Part shown: in pieces, positions 8,797 through 18,124 of the stretch
Layout of the letters: each line of letters begins with the position of its first letter
Numbering within the stretch: position 1 is the first letter of the stretch
Source of the DNA: an uncultured Acidobacteriota bacterium
GTDB lineage: Bacteria; Acidobacteriota; Thermoanaerobaculia; Multivoradales; UBA5704
Direction: 5' to 3'
Assembly (NCBI GenBank): GCA_963770895.1
Contig: CAVYRF010000002.1
Location: 2,880,001-2,944,000 of the forward strand
Length of the DNA: 64,000 bases
Notes under the pieces: generated by a model
The model's input: the letters and a program-made list of their open reading frames with translations, nothing else
Database searches by the model: none
What the model was told of the DNA's origin: nothing
Made by a program: the position numbers and the translations under genes

Positions 8797-10052
8797 GCGC
8801 CGGCGCGCCGGACCGCGGCGTGCCGCTCGCCAGGTCGCTGGTCTGGACGGTCGCCTGGCGCTTCCTGCGCGGTCGCGGCGCCGGCCGCAGCCGGCTGCTC
8901 GGCGGCACGGCGCGCGCCGCGCTGGCCGCCACGGCGCTGGGGGTGACGGCGATGGTGATCGCCATGGCGCTGATGACCGGCTATCGCGAGGACCTGCAGA
9001 GCAAGCTGATCCGCGGCAACGCCGCCGTCGTGGCCTATCCGCTGGAGTCCGGTGCCGCCGGCAGGCTGGACGCGGCGCATTGGAACCGCCTGCAGCGCAT
9101 CCCCGGCGTGCGCAAGGTCGGGCGGGTGGCCTACGGGCAGGGGTCGCTGGCCAGCGCCCGGCGCGGCGACGGCGTCGACGTGGTGCTGCGCGGCGTCGAA
9201 CCGGAAGGCGGCCAGCTGGGCGCCGGCGCGGCGGACCTGGCGCCGTCGGCGCAGGGCCTGCCGGGGGTGGTCATCGGCGCCGACCTGGCAAGCCGTCTGG
9301 ACGTGCATCCCGGGGAAGTGATGCGCCTGGTGGCGCTCGGCTTCGAGGAGGGGCGCCCGCGCTTCCGCTTCCTGAGCGTCGAGCTGCGCCGCACGTTCAG
9401 CACCGGCTTTGCCGAGTTCGACCGCAGCTGGGTGCTGCTCGATCGCTCGCGGGTGGAGCACGCCATGGGGCTGCGGGAATCGTCCGACCTGCTGGAGTTC
9501 ACCGTCGCCGACCCGGCGACGGCGCCGGCGATTGCCGAAAAGGTCTCGCGCGTGCTCGATTCGGGCTACGCGGTCACCGACTGGCAGCAGCTCAACCGCG
9601 AGCTGTTCACCGCCTTGCGCGTGCAGCAGGCGGCGCTCTTCGTGGTGCTCGGCCTGATCGTGCTGGTGTCGACCTTCAACGTCGCCTCGACCCTGGTGGT
9701 GCTGGTGCGCGAGCGGATGCGCGACATCGGCGTGCTGGGGGCGCTGGGCCTGGCGCCGGGACGCCTGCGCCTGGTCTTTCTGGCGTACGGCGGCATCCTG
9801 GGGAGCGCCGGCACCCTGCTCGGCGTCGCCGTGGGCTCGGCGGCGGCCTGGGTGCTGACGACGTTCCACCTCATCCACTTCGATTCGGACGTCGCGGCAA
9901 TCTACTTCATCAGCTTCGTGCCGTTCCGCGTCTCCGGCGGCGACCTGGCCGCCGTGGTGGGTTTCGCGCTCGCCGTCACCCTGCTCGCCTGCTGCGTGCC
10001 GGCCTGGCGCGCGGCGCGGGTGGACCCCTCGGCAGCCCTGCGCTACGAGTAG
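8793..10052 (+). CDS. LolC/E-family (FtsX/MacB-like) ABC permease
   Basis: N-terminal TM, periplasmic domain, [27 protein letters not shown]-terminal [17 protein letters not shown]. Confidence 0.88.
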   Translation: MSAGAPDRGVPLARSLVWTVAWRFLRGRGAGRSRLLGGTARAALAATALGVTAMVIAMALMTGYREDLQSKLIRGNAAVVAYPLESGAAGRLDAAHWNRLQRIPGVRKVGRVAYGQGSLASARRGDGVDVVLRGVEPEGGQLGAGAADLAPSAQGLPGVVIGADLASRLDVHPGEVMRLVALGFEEGRPRFRFLSVELRRTFSTGFAEFDRSWVLLDRSRVEHAMGLRESSDLLEFTVADPATAPAIAEKVSRVLDSGYAVTDWQQLNRELFTALRVQQAALFVVLGLIVLVSTFNVASTLVVLVRERMRDIGVLGALGLAPGRLRLVFLAYGGILGSAGTLLGVAVGSAAAWVLTTFHLIHFDSDVAAIYFISFVPFRVSGGDLAAVVGFALAVTLLACCVPAWRAARVDPSAALRYE

Positions 10053-10174
10053 CGCCCGGCGGCCGCCCGCCGCCCGCCGCCCCCCGCCGTCGCCGGCCGG
10101 TCGGCTCCGGCCGCCCCGCTCCAGCCGCCTGGATGCCGATCCAAACACTTGATTCGCTTGCTGCGTATACCAAT

Positions 10175-10248
10175 ATGGAGCAGGCGAAAAAGACAATCTC
10201 CTCTCCACCTCCCTCCTCCAAGCCCCGCCCGACGCGGGGCCTTTTTTT
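10175..10248 (+). ncRNA. Candidate small RNA with C/U-rich (CCUCC) tract ending in an intrinsic terminator
   Basis: AT-rich promoter-like stretch (TTGATT 10149, CAATAT 10171), then TCTCCTCTCCACCTCCCTCCTCC and a GC hairpin with T7. The 5' end is approximate. Confidence 0.45.
10222..10248 (+). terminator. Rho-independent terminator
   Basis: GCCCCGC-CCGAC-GCGGGGC-C-TTTTTTT. Confidence 0.85.
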
Positions 10249-10333
10249 GCTCGCCGCGGTCCACCGCGGCAGCCGGAGCGTGGCTCGGCAGCCCGCAGGG
10301 GTTCCCCGAGGAGGTCGTGCCGGTTGAGCGGGT

Positions 10334-10939
10334 CTAGTGAGATTGCGGGTTGGTGGAGGGCGCGGCCGGCGGTGTCGAGCGGTCGTTGTCGAGCGGCGAG
10401 AGCGGCGCGACGGCGGGCGGCTGCGGCGGGTGGAGGCGCCACCACCAGGGCCACTGCGCGGGCTTGAGCCTGCCCATCTGCCCCGGACCTTCCAGGGCCA
10501 GCCGGGACACCAGGTCGACGTAGCGCTGATCCTGGTCGGGAGTCAGCAGCGCCCGGCTGTCCAGCACGTTGGACACCACGGACTGTTCGAGGCCGAGGTA
10601 GATGCCGGCGCCCTCGCGCAGCAACTCGTCGAGGCGCGCCTGGTCGGGGTGCGGGCGGATCAGCTCGGCGCGCACCTCTTTGCGGATCTCGGGCAGGCGG
10701 ACGCGCGGCGCGGCGGTTTCGCTGAAGAACTGGCGCTGGCGCTCGATGAAGCGCCGCCGCGCGGGCCCTTCAAGCCCCAGGCGATCAGCCAGCTGCTGCA
10801 GCCGTCCGGCGGCCGCGGGGCGCAGCGCTTCCTGCTGGGTGCGGGCGACCGCCGGGCTGCTCAGCGCGAGGTCGATCAGCAGCCCCAGGTTGAGGCCGAC
10901 CGACAGCAGGAGCGCAAGCAGCGGCCACCAGCGCCTCAC
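10334..10939 (-). CDS. Spy/CpxP-like periplasmic helical protein (periplasmic heavy-metal sensor family)
   Basis: N-terminal TM LLLSVGLNLGLL, then helical LADRLGL...LLTPDQ (LTxxQ motif); third gene of the ECF operon. Confidence 0.75.
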   Translation of the reverse strand: MRRWWPLLALLLSVGLNLGLLIDLALSSPAVARTQQEALRPAAAGRLQQLADRLGLEGPARRRFIERQRQFFSETAAPRVRLPEIRKEVRAELIRPHPDQARLDELLREGAGIYLGLEQSVVSNVLDSRALLTPDQDQRYVDLVSRLALEGPGQMGRLKPAQWPWWWRLHPPQPPAVAPLSPLDNDRSTPPAAPSTNPQSH

Positions 10940-11106
10940 CTAGTGCCCCGCACGGTTACTTCGTTTGCCATTCGCTTGCCCTCCACGCCCCTGGCTTCGT
11001 TGCGCCTCCTCGACATACGTTTCGACTATGCCTGCGTCGGCGGCGCCTCGCCAGGAACGGGGATGGCGGCGCGACTGACAAGCGGATTAACCGTGCGGGA
11101 CACTAG
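10940..11106. mobile_element. MITE-like palindromic insertion (163 bp plus duplicated CTAG)
   Basis: CTAG at 10940-10943 and 11103-11106. Terminal inverted repeats CTAGTGCCCCGCACGGTTA / TAACCGTGCGGGACACTAG match 18/19 and extend to 26/31. No transposase. Confidence 0.8.
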
Positions 11107-11602
11107 TCGCCTCGGCGGGCGGCGCTGGCGGCGGATCGCCAGGGGCCGTGTCGAGCAGCGCCCAGTAGCTTTCGGCCAGCGCCGGCAACCCTGCCGCCTG
11201 GCCGCGGTCGTCTAGCGGCGGCCGCACTCCCAGGCCGGCGCCCAGCAGCAGGCCGGCGACGAGCGCCGCGGCGCCGGTGGCGCGCACCCACTTGGGGATG
11301 GCCGCCCAGCTGATCGGCGCGGTGCGGGACGCCGCGGCAGCCGCGTTTGCCGCCCGGATGTTGGCGGGGGGCAGGGGCGAGGGCACGGTGGCGCGGACGT
11401 GGGCCATCAGCCGGCCGCCGAAGCCCAGCGGCACCGGTGCCGCCGGCGGCTCCGTCAACCGCGTCCAGGTCGCCTCAAGCCGCCGGTAGCGGACCGCCAG
11501 GCCAGGATCGCGCCCGAGGCGGTCGCGCAACGCGCGCTCCCGCTCCGCCGGCAGTTCGCCGTGGAGCAGCCGCATCAGGTCCAAATCCGGGTCGTGCGTC
11601 AT
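11087..11602 (-). CDS. Putative transmembrane anti-sigma factor
   Basis: Directly downstream of the ECF sigma. ASD-like N-terminus (LMRLLHGELPAERERALRDRL) and one TM. The last residues and stop codon come from the MITE. Confidence 0.75.
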   Translation of the reverse strand: MTHDPDLDLMRLLHGELPAERERALRDRLGRDPGLAVRYRRLEATWTRLTEPPAAPVPLGFGGRLMAHVRATVPSPLPPANIRAANAAAAASRTAPISWAAIPKWVRATGAAALVAGLLLGAGLGVRPPLDDRGQAAGLPALAESYWALLDTAPGDPPPAPPAEATSVPHG

Positions 11603-11620
11603 GCCAGCCTTCTCTCCCGA

Positions 11621-12238
11621 TCATGAAACCCGCGGGGCGGCGGATTCCTGCGCCGCCTCGACGCGGCGCATGGCGCGGAACAGGCGGCTCTCCACCGCCC
11701 CCTCGGAGATCCCCAGGACTTCGGCGATCTGCCGGTAGGACATCCCTTCGAAGCGTGCCAGGACCAGCACCGCGCGCTGGTTGGGTGGCAGCTTGGCGAT
11801 GGCGCGCCGGGTGTCCTGCCAGCGCTGGCGCGCGGCGAGCACGGCGGCGGCGTCGGGGCTGCCGTCGGGCGGATCGAACGGCGCCGCGTCGCGCTCGTCC
11901 GCCGTCTCCCAGGGGACGAAACGCACCAGGCGCCGGCGGCGCAGCTTGTTGAGGCAGTGGTTGGTGGCGATGCGGTAGAGCCAGGTGTAGACCTGCCCCT
12001 GCGGGCGGAAGTCGGCGGCCTTGCGATAGGCCTTCAGGAACACCTCCTGCGCGGCGTCGCGGGCCTCCTCGGCATCGCCCAGCAGGCGCTCGCACAGCCG
12101 CAGCAGCCGTTCCTGGTGGGTTTCGACCAGCGAGGTGAATGCCTCGGTGTCGCCGGCCGCGACGCGGGCCAGGGCCTCCCAGCCCGGATCGGCCACCGGT
12201 TCCGGTCGCAGGTCGCTCACCATGTCAGCGCGGCCCAT
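11621..12238 (-). CDS. ECF RNA polymerase sigma factor
   Basis: Region 2 DAAQEVFLKAY...TWLYRIATNHCLN and region 4 LPPNQRAVLVLARFEGMSYRQIAEVLGISEGAVESRLFRA. Confidence 0.93.
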   Translation of the reverse strand: MGRADMVSDLRPEPVADPGWEALARVAAGDTEAFTSLVETHQERLLRLCERLLGDAEEARDAAQEVFLKAYRKAADFRPQGQVYTWLYRIATNHCLNKLRRRRLVRFVPWETADERDAAPFDPPDGSPDAAAVLAARQRWQDTRRAIAKLPPNQRAVLVLARFEGMSYRQIAEVLGISEGAVESRLFRAMRRVEAAQESAAPRVS

Positions 12239-12273
12239 CCCATCGGCGGGCGGTTGATGGCAGAATCCCGCCT

Positions 12274-13461
12274 GTGATCGAACGCATCCAACGCTACCTC
12301 ACCGATCCGGCCAGCGCCTCGTTCGAGGAGCTGGCGCTCGCAGTCTTCGCCTACCAGTACGCCAACGTCGAACCCTACCGGCGCATGTGCGACAGCCGCG
12401 GCGCCACCCCCGGCACGATCGCCGACTGGCGCCAGGTGCCGCTGGTGCCGGCGGAAGCGTTCAAGCGGGTGCGGCTGGCTGCCGCGCCGCCGCAGGAGAT
12501 CTTCCGCAGCAGCGGCACGGCCGGCAGCCTTGCGGCTGGCGCCGCGCCGGTCGCTACCGGCGCCCCCGGCGACGGCGCGGCAGAGGCTGGTGACGGCTCG
12601 GGTGCCGCCAGCGCGCCGTCCGCCGATGCGCCGCCGGACGGCGGCCGCAGCGTCCACTACCATCCGTTCCCCGACCTCTACCGGCGCACCATCGACGCCA
12701 GTTTTCCGATGTACTGCCTCCCCCGCACGGGCGGCGACCTGCGCTTCCCGATGCTGTCGCTGGTGCCGTCGCGCGCGCAGCTGCCGGACTCCAGCCTGTC
12801 GTTCATGATCGATCATGTGCTGACCCGATTCGGTGCCTCCGGCAGCGTCGTGGCCTGCGGCAAGCGCGGCGTCGAAGCCGTGCCGGCCCGTTCGTGGGCC
12901 GCGGTGCAGCAGCGGGCCGGCGCCCCGGCGGTGGTGCTGACCACCTCCCTGGCGCTGTCGCAGTGGCTCGACGCACTCGAACGGCAGGATTTGCGCTTCC
13001 GCCTGCCAGCCGGCAGCGCGGTGTTCGAGACCGGCGGTTTCAAAGGTCGTGCCGGGGAGGTCTCGGTGGCGCGCGAGCGGGTGCGCCTGGCGCAGCGGCT
13101 GGGGGTGCCGTCGCACGCCGTGGTGCGCGAATACGGCATGACCGAGCTGACCAGCCAGTGCTACACGCGCGTCCTGCAGGGGAGCGATCCCGACCACTTC
13201 GTGGCGCCGCACTGGGTGCGCGTGCGGGTCCTCGACCCCGCCACGCTGACCGAAGCAAAGCACGGCGCGCCGGGCCTCCTCGCGATCTTCGACCTGGCCA
13301 ACCTGGGTTCGGCGGCGCACCTGCTGACCGCCGACATGGGCGAGGCGGAGGGGGAGGGCTTCCGGCTGCTCGGCCGCGCCGCCGGCGCCGAGCTGCGCGG
13401 CTGCTCGCTCACCGCCGAAGAGCTGTTTGCCGCCGGCGACCCCGGCGCCGCCGCCGGCTGA
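12274..13461 (+). CDS. LuxE-like acyl-protein synthetase
   Basis: FRSSGT, ETGGFKGR, EYGMTELTSQCY, DLANLGS, LLGRAAGAELRGCS. GTG start 7 nt after TGgCAGAAT. Confidence 0.85.
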   Translation: MIERIQRYLTDPASASFEELALAVFAYQYANVEPYRRMCDSRGATPGTIADWRQVPLVPAEAFKRVRLAAAPPQEIFRSSGTAGSLAAGAAPVATGAPGDGAAEAGDGSGAASAPSADAPPDGGRSVHYHPFPDLYRRTIDASFPMYCLPRTGGDLRFPMLSLVPSRAQLPDSSLSFMIDHVLTRFGASGSVVACGKRGVEAVPARSWAAVQQRAGAPAVVLTTSLALSQWLDALERQDLRFRLPAGSAVFETGGFKGRAGEVSVARERVRLAQRLGVPSHAVVREYGMTELTSQCYTRVLQGSDPDHFVAPHWVRVRVLDPATLTEAKHGAPGLLAIFDLANLGSAAHLLTADMGEAEGEGFRLLGRAAGAELRGCSLTAEELFAAGDPGAAAG

Positions 13462-13478
13462 AGCCCGCCGGCGGCCGC

Positions 13479-15455
13479 TCAAGCCGCCGGACCCGACGCG
13501 ATCGGGGCGGCCAGACAGGCCTCGGGGATGCCCCAGGCGTCCACCAGAGGCAACGCCAGCGTCCTTAGCTGGCCGCACAGGCGATCCACCTGGCGGCGCA
13601 CCGCCTTGGCCTGCACCGGCTCCATGTGGCCGCTCTCCAGAAACCAGGCGGCGTCGGCTTCGATGCGCGACAGGGCAAAGAGGTCGCGCAGCGCGGTCAG
13701 CGCCGGCCCGCAGCCGTCCGCCGCGGGCGGCTGCCCGCCGTCGGCCGGCGCCCCGTTCGCGGCATCGGCAGCGGTGGCGTCGGCGGCATCGGCGATGCCT
13801 TCGGCGACGATCCGCTCGGCGTAGGCATGGCCCAGGGCCAGCAGATGGGTCTGGCACTGGTTGAAGGCGGCCAGCGGGGTGGCGCCCTGGGCGATGGCGT
13901 GCTGCAGCCGCCGCGCCACGCTCGCCAGCAGGTGCTCCTCGCGCAGCCGCAGCAGGCCCGCCTGGAACTGCGGGTCGCACAGGTGCTCGGGATCGGTGCG
14001 GCGGTTGGCGATCGGGTTGCGCTCGGCGAGCGCGGCGGCGGCGCGCTCGGCGGCGTAAAGGCCGAGCGAGATGAAATTCATGTGGCCCAGGTGCTCGCGG
14101 TGGGAGCTGAGCAGGCCCTTGGCCACCTGTTGCAGCAGCACCGTGTTGTCGCCCTCGAAGGTGGTGTAGATGTCGGCGTCGCCCCGCAGCAGCGGCAACC
14201 GGTTGGCGGTCAGGTACCCCTGGCCGCCGCAGCACTCGCGGCAGGTCTGCAGGGTGGCGACCGCATGCCACGAAGCGTACGCCTTGAGCGCCGCGGCCAG
14301 CCCCTCGACCTCGCGCGTCTCCGTCTCGCCGGCCTCGCTGCGGGCGAGGAAGCGGGCGACCAGCCGCTTGTGGGCGAAGTCGAGCGCGTAGGTGACGGCG
14401 AGCGGCGGCAGCAGGCGGCGCTGGTGGGACGGGTAGTCGAGCAGCGCCAGCTCCGCCTCGCCCGGCGGCCCGAACTGGTGGCGGCTGCTGCCGTAGCGCA
14501 GGGCGATGGCCAGCCCCGACTTGGCCGCCGAGACCGCGGCGGCGGCGACGCTGATGCGGCCGCCGATCAGCGTCCCCAGCATGGTGAAGAAGCGCCGGGC
14601 CGGGCTGGCGATGGGGCTGGTGTAGGTGCCGTCCGGCGCCACCGCGGCAAAGCGGTCAAGCAGGTTGTCGCGCGGCACCCGCACCCGCGCAAAGCTGATG
14701 CGGCCGTTGTCGACGCCGTTGAGACCCCCCTTGTCGCCGCAGTCGGCCAGGGTGACGCCGGGCGCCGGGGTGCCGGCGTCGTCGCGGATCGGCACCACGA
14801 AGGCGTGCACGCCGTGCGACGCGCCGCCGGTCTCGAGCTGCGCGAAGACCGTCGCCAGGCGGCCGTGGCGCGCCGCGTTGCCGATCCAGTCCTTGCGGTC
14901 CAGCGGCCGCGGGGTGTCGATCTCGAACTCGCCCGCCGCGGCGTCGTAGCGCGCGACGGTGCCGATGTCCGCCACGTTCGAGCCGTGCAGCGTCTCCGAC
15001 ATGGCAAAGCAGCCCGGCAGCTCGAGCGTCCCCGCCGCGGGCAGGTAGGCCCGGTGGTGGCGCTCGGTTCCCAGCTGCAAAATGCTGCCGGCGAACAGGC
15101 CGAACTGCACGCCGAACTTCACCAGCAGGCTGCCGTCGTGCAGCGCCAGCGTCTCGAACGCGGCGATGAACGACCCCAGGTCGTCCTCGCCGCCCGCCTG
15201 GCGCGGCAGCGACAGCGCCCCGAAGCCGCGCCGCGCCAGCTCCCTGCACCAAGCCAGCACCTGCTCCCGATAGCGCTCGCGGTCGGCGAGCACGCCTTCG
15301 TCCACGTGGCGGAACCCCGGCTCGGCCAGCGTCGCCCGCATCCGCGCCCGCACCGCCCCGTAGGGCGCATCCAGCCGCTCGCGCAGCGCCGCCACGTCCA
15401 CCCGTATCACCCCCTCGGGCCGCGCCGCCGCCCCTGCCGCCTGGTCTGAAGACAT
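13479..15455 (-). CDS. Acyl-CoA oxidase / dehydrogenase
   Basis: GCFAMSETLHGSNV, KDWIGN, GLNGVDNG, CRECCGGQGY, TTFEGDNTVL and a C-terminal ACOX domain. Confidence 0.92.
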   Translation of the reverse strand: MSSDQAAGAAARPEGVIRVDVAALRERLDAPYGAVRARMRATLAEPGFRHVDEGVLADRERYREQVLAWCRELARRGFGALSLPRQAGGEDDLGSFIAAFETLALHDGSLLVKFGVQFGLFAGSILQLGTERHHRAYLPAAGTLELPGCFAMSETLHGSNVADIGTVARYDAAAGEFEIDTPRPLDRKDWIGNAARHGRLATVFAQLETGGASHGVHAFVVPIRDDAGTPAPGVTLADCGDKGGLNGVDNGRISFARVRVPRDNLLDRFAAVAPDGTYTSPIASPARRFFTMLGTLIGGRISVAAAAVSAAKSGLAIALRYGSSRHQFGPPGEAELALLDYPSHQRRLLPPLAVTYALDFAHKRLVARFLARSEAGETETREVEGLAAALKAYASWHAVATLQTCRECCGGQGYLTANRLPLLRGDADIYTTFEGDNTVLLQQVAKGLLSSHREHLGHMNFISLGLYAAERAAAALAERNPIANRRTDPEHLCDPQFQAGLLRLREEHLLASVARRLQHAIAQGATPLAAFNQCQTHLLALGHAYAERIVAEGIADAADATAADAANGAPADGGQPPAADGCGPALTALRDLFALSRIEADAAWFLESGHMEPVQAKAVRRQVDRLCGQLRTLALPLVDAWGIPEACLAAPIASGPAA

Positions 15456-15656
15456 GCTCCCCCCGCGCCGTGCCGCGCCGTCCACCGGCCGGATGCCGGA
15501 TGCCCCGCCTCCACCCACCCGCGCTGTCGCTCGTCCGCTGCGATCAGTCTACTCCCGCGCGCCGTCGGCGATCGTCGCCGCCATCCGCGATCGGCCGCGA
15601 CCGTCTGCCCCTCTGGATGGCGGGCAGTTTTATTCTGAGGGCATAATCGCGGTCGC

Positions 15657-17147
15657 ATGGAGCGAGCCTTGGGAAGCGCCCTGCGCGACTACCAGCTGCC
15701 GGCGGCGGTCCGCCGGCCTGTGCTGTACCAGGCCGCGGCCGGCGGCGGCGCCTCCTACGTCGCCGCGCGTTGGAACGCGGCTGCGCTGGCGAATGTGGCG
15801 GCGGTGCTCGCCAGGGGTGCCGGCGCCCTGCAATCGGTGTCGGATCAGGAACTGCTGGATGCGTGGGCGGATACCGTGGAGGCGTTCCTGGACCCGCGTT
15901 CGCCCGAGCGGCGCGACCTGGCGCCGGCGCTGGCGGCGACCAGCAACCTGTCGCCGGCGGGTCTGGCGGCGGCCCTCGCGGCGGTGGTGGGAGGCGTGCG
16001 CCGCGAAGCCGCCGGTGCCGTGCTGCGCCGCGGCGCGGCCTTGCGCCAGGCGCCGCCCCGAGCGGCGGCCGCGGCGCGGCCGGGCTTTGCCGGCGGAGCG
16101 CCGGCGCTCGACGGTCCAAGGGCGGGCGCTGACGCCGACGCTCCCGTTCTGGTGATCCTGGCTTCCAACCTGCCGGGCCTGGCGGTGCAGCCGCTGCTGG
16201 CGGCGCTGGCGCTGCGGCGGCCGGTGCTGCTCAAGTCGTCTTCGGCGGAACCGCTGTTCGCGCCGGCATTTGTCGCCGCCCTGGCGCGGCGTGAGCCCTG
16301 CCTGGGCGAAGCCATCGCGGCGGTGACCTGGCGCGGCGGCGACGCGGACCTGGAAGCGCCGCTGCTGGCCGCGGTGGGTACGGTTGTCGCCTACGGCGAA
16401 GCCGCGACCGTGGCGGACCTGCGGCGGCGCGCGGCGGCACCGGTGGTCGCCTATGGCCCCAAGATGAGCCTGGCGGTGGTGGCGCCCGGCGGCGACGTCG
16501 ACCTGGCCGCGGTGGCGGCGGGTCTGGCACGTGACGTGGCCCTGCTGGACCAGCGCGGCTGCCTTTCGGTCGTCGCCGTCTACGTGAGTGGAGGCGCAGG
16601 TGCGGCATCTGCAACCGGTGTGGCCGCCGCAGGCAGCTCCCATGCCGCCGCCTCCGATCGTGATCGCGCTGGCGAAGCTGCGCTCCGGCTTGCCGCGGCG
16701 CTGCATGCGGCGCTGGCCGATCTGGCGGAGCTCTGGCCGCCGGGGGCGGCGCCGGTCGGCGCGCTGGCGGCGGTGCAGCACGCTCGCCTTAGCGGTGAGA
16801 TGGAGGGCGCGTGGAGCGTCCCGCCGGCAGGGTCACCGCTAGCGGCGCCGGCGGCCGGCACTGTCCTGGTGGAGCCGGACCCGCGGTTGCGACCGTCCCC
16901 CGGCTTGCGGACCGTGCGCGTCCATCCGCTGGCGGACCTGAACCACCTGCCTGGCATCCTGGCGCCGTGGACCGGCCGGCTGCAGGGCGCCGCGCTGGCC
17001 GGCGCCGCCGCCTGGGACCTGGTGCCCCGCCTGACTGAGCTGGGCCTGTCGCGGTTTGCCGCGCCCGGCGACCTGCAGGCCGCCGACGCTTCATGGCAGA
17101 ACGGCGGTGTCGACCTGCTCGCCGCGCTGGCCGCCCCGCAGCCCTGA
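15657..17147 (+). CDS. LuxC-like acyl-CoA reductase
   Basis: ILASNLPG, LLKSSSAEP, VAYGPKMS, catalytic DQRGCLS. Confidence 0.85.
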   Translation: MERALGSALRDYQLPAAVRRPVLYQAAAGGGASYVAARWNAAALANVAAVLARGAGALQSVSDQELLDAWADTVEAFLDPRSPERRDLAPALAATSNLSPAGLAAALAAVVGGVRREAAGAVLRRGAALRQAPPRAAAAARPGFAGGAPALDGPRAGADADAPVLVILASNLPGLAVQPLLAALALRRPVLLKSSSAEPLFAPAFVAALARREPCLGEAIAAVTWRGGDADLEAPLLAAVGTVVAYGEAATVADLRRRAAAPVVAYGPKMSLAVVAPGGDVDLAAVAAGLARDVALLDQRGCLSVVAVYVSGGAGAASATGVAAAGSSHAAASDRDRAGEAALRLAAALHAALADLAELWPPGAAPVGALAAVQHARLSGEMEGAWSVPPAGSPLAAPAAGTVLVEPDPRLRPSPGLRTVRVHPLADLNHLPGILAPWTGRLQGAALAGAAAWDLVPRLTELGLSRFAAPGDLQAADASWQNGGVDLLAALAAPQP

Positions 17148-17193
17148 CCGCAAGCCCGGCCGACCGGCTTTGGATCATGCCGCGTTGCACCCG

Positions 17194-17266
17194 GCCGGGA
17201 GTGCCGGCCCAGGCGACAGCCCCGGCCGGCTTGCCGGGACTGCCAGGAAGGGCGGACAGCCCCGGC
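17194..17266. repeat. REP-like intergenic repeat, copy 1 (plus a degenerate tandem copy at 17233-17266)
   Basis: GCCGGGAGTGCCGGCCCAGGCGACAGCCCCGGCCG (17194-17228) is 34/35 identical to 33345-33379. Confidence 0.7.
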
Positions 17267-17274
17267 AGCGTCCT

Positions 17275-18114
17275 CTAGCTGTGCGTGCCCTTGAGGATCT
17301 GGACCAGCATGGTTTCGGGGGAGTTCCAGGACAGGCCGGTGATGCGGCCGATCTCTTTGTCGCCCAGGTAGACGATGCCGGTGGGCACGCCCGAAATGGC
17401 GTTTTCCTTGGCGATCGGTTCGGTGCCGAAGTGCGGCGGCAGGCCGAAGTATTCGATGTGGATGTTGGAACCCTTCAGCTGCTGTTCGACCTTGATGGCG
17501 TGCGGCACCATTTCCCGGCAGTGCGGGCACCAGCTGCCGAAATAGATGCGCAGGCGCACCGCGCGCGGCTCCTTGCGCAGCGCGGCGACCGCCGCGGCGT
17601 TGGTCTGGTAGGCGGCGGCGCGCGTTCCGTATTCGGGGTTGTGCTCGACGACTTCTTCGGCGCGGTGCAGACCGACCAGCGGCGGCGTCGGCCGCAGCTC
17701 GACGGGCTTGCCGTCCACCTTGAAGTGGACCACCTCTTCGATGAAATCGATCCCGCCCTGCTGCGCCAGCACGGCGCCGGGAAGCAGGTCGATCGAGCCG
17801 TCCGGTTTCTTGTCCACCTTCATCAGGTTCACCGTCTGGGCGGAGTTGGAAGAGGGCAGCAGCAACACCGGCGAGGTCAGCGACGACGAGATGATGAGCA
17901 TGCCGCCCACCCGCTGGCTCATGTAGATCTCGGCCGGCACCTGCTTGCCCGCGAGCACCACCACGTAGTCGCTGGTGCGGGTAAAGTCCCGCATGGCGCC
18001 GTCTCCGGGACCGGGGGAAGCGGCCTGAGCCGCGGCCAAGGTGGCAGGGCCGCCGGCGGCAAGCAAGCAGATGGCCAAGATCGCTGCGACGGTCGAGAGC
18101 TGGCGGTGGGTCAT
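17275..18114 (-). CDS. Exported thioredoxin-family protein
   Basis: Signal peptide, C-terminal FGSWCPHC and GVPT cis-Pro motif. Confidence 0.85.
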   Translation of the reverse strand: MTHRQLSTVAAILAICLLAAGGPATLAAAQAASPGPGDGAMRDFTRTSDYVVVLAGKQVPAEIYMSQRVGGMLIISSSLTSPVLLLPSSNSAQTVNLMKVDKKPDGSIDLLPGAVLAQQGGIDFIEEVVHFKVDGKPVELRPTPPLVGLHRAEEVVEHNPEYGTRAAAYQTNAAAVAALRKEPRAVRLRIYFGSWCPHCREMVPHAIKVEQQLKGSNIHIEYFGLPPHFGTEPIAKENAISGVPTGIVYLGDKEIGRITGLSWNSPETMLVQILKGTHS

Positions 18115-18124
18115 CGATTGGGCC

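Noticed and set aside
12274-17147. Bioluminescence operon
   Set aside because: No luxA, luxB or luxD in the window.
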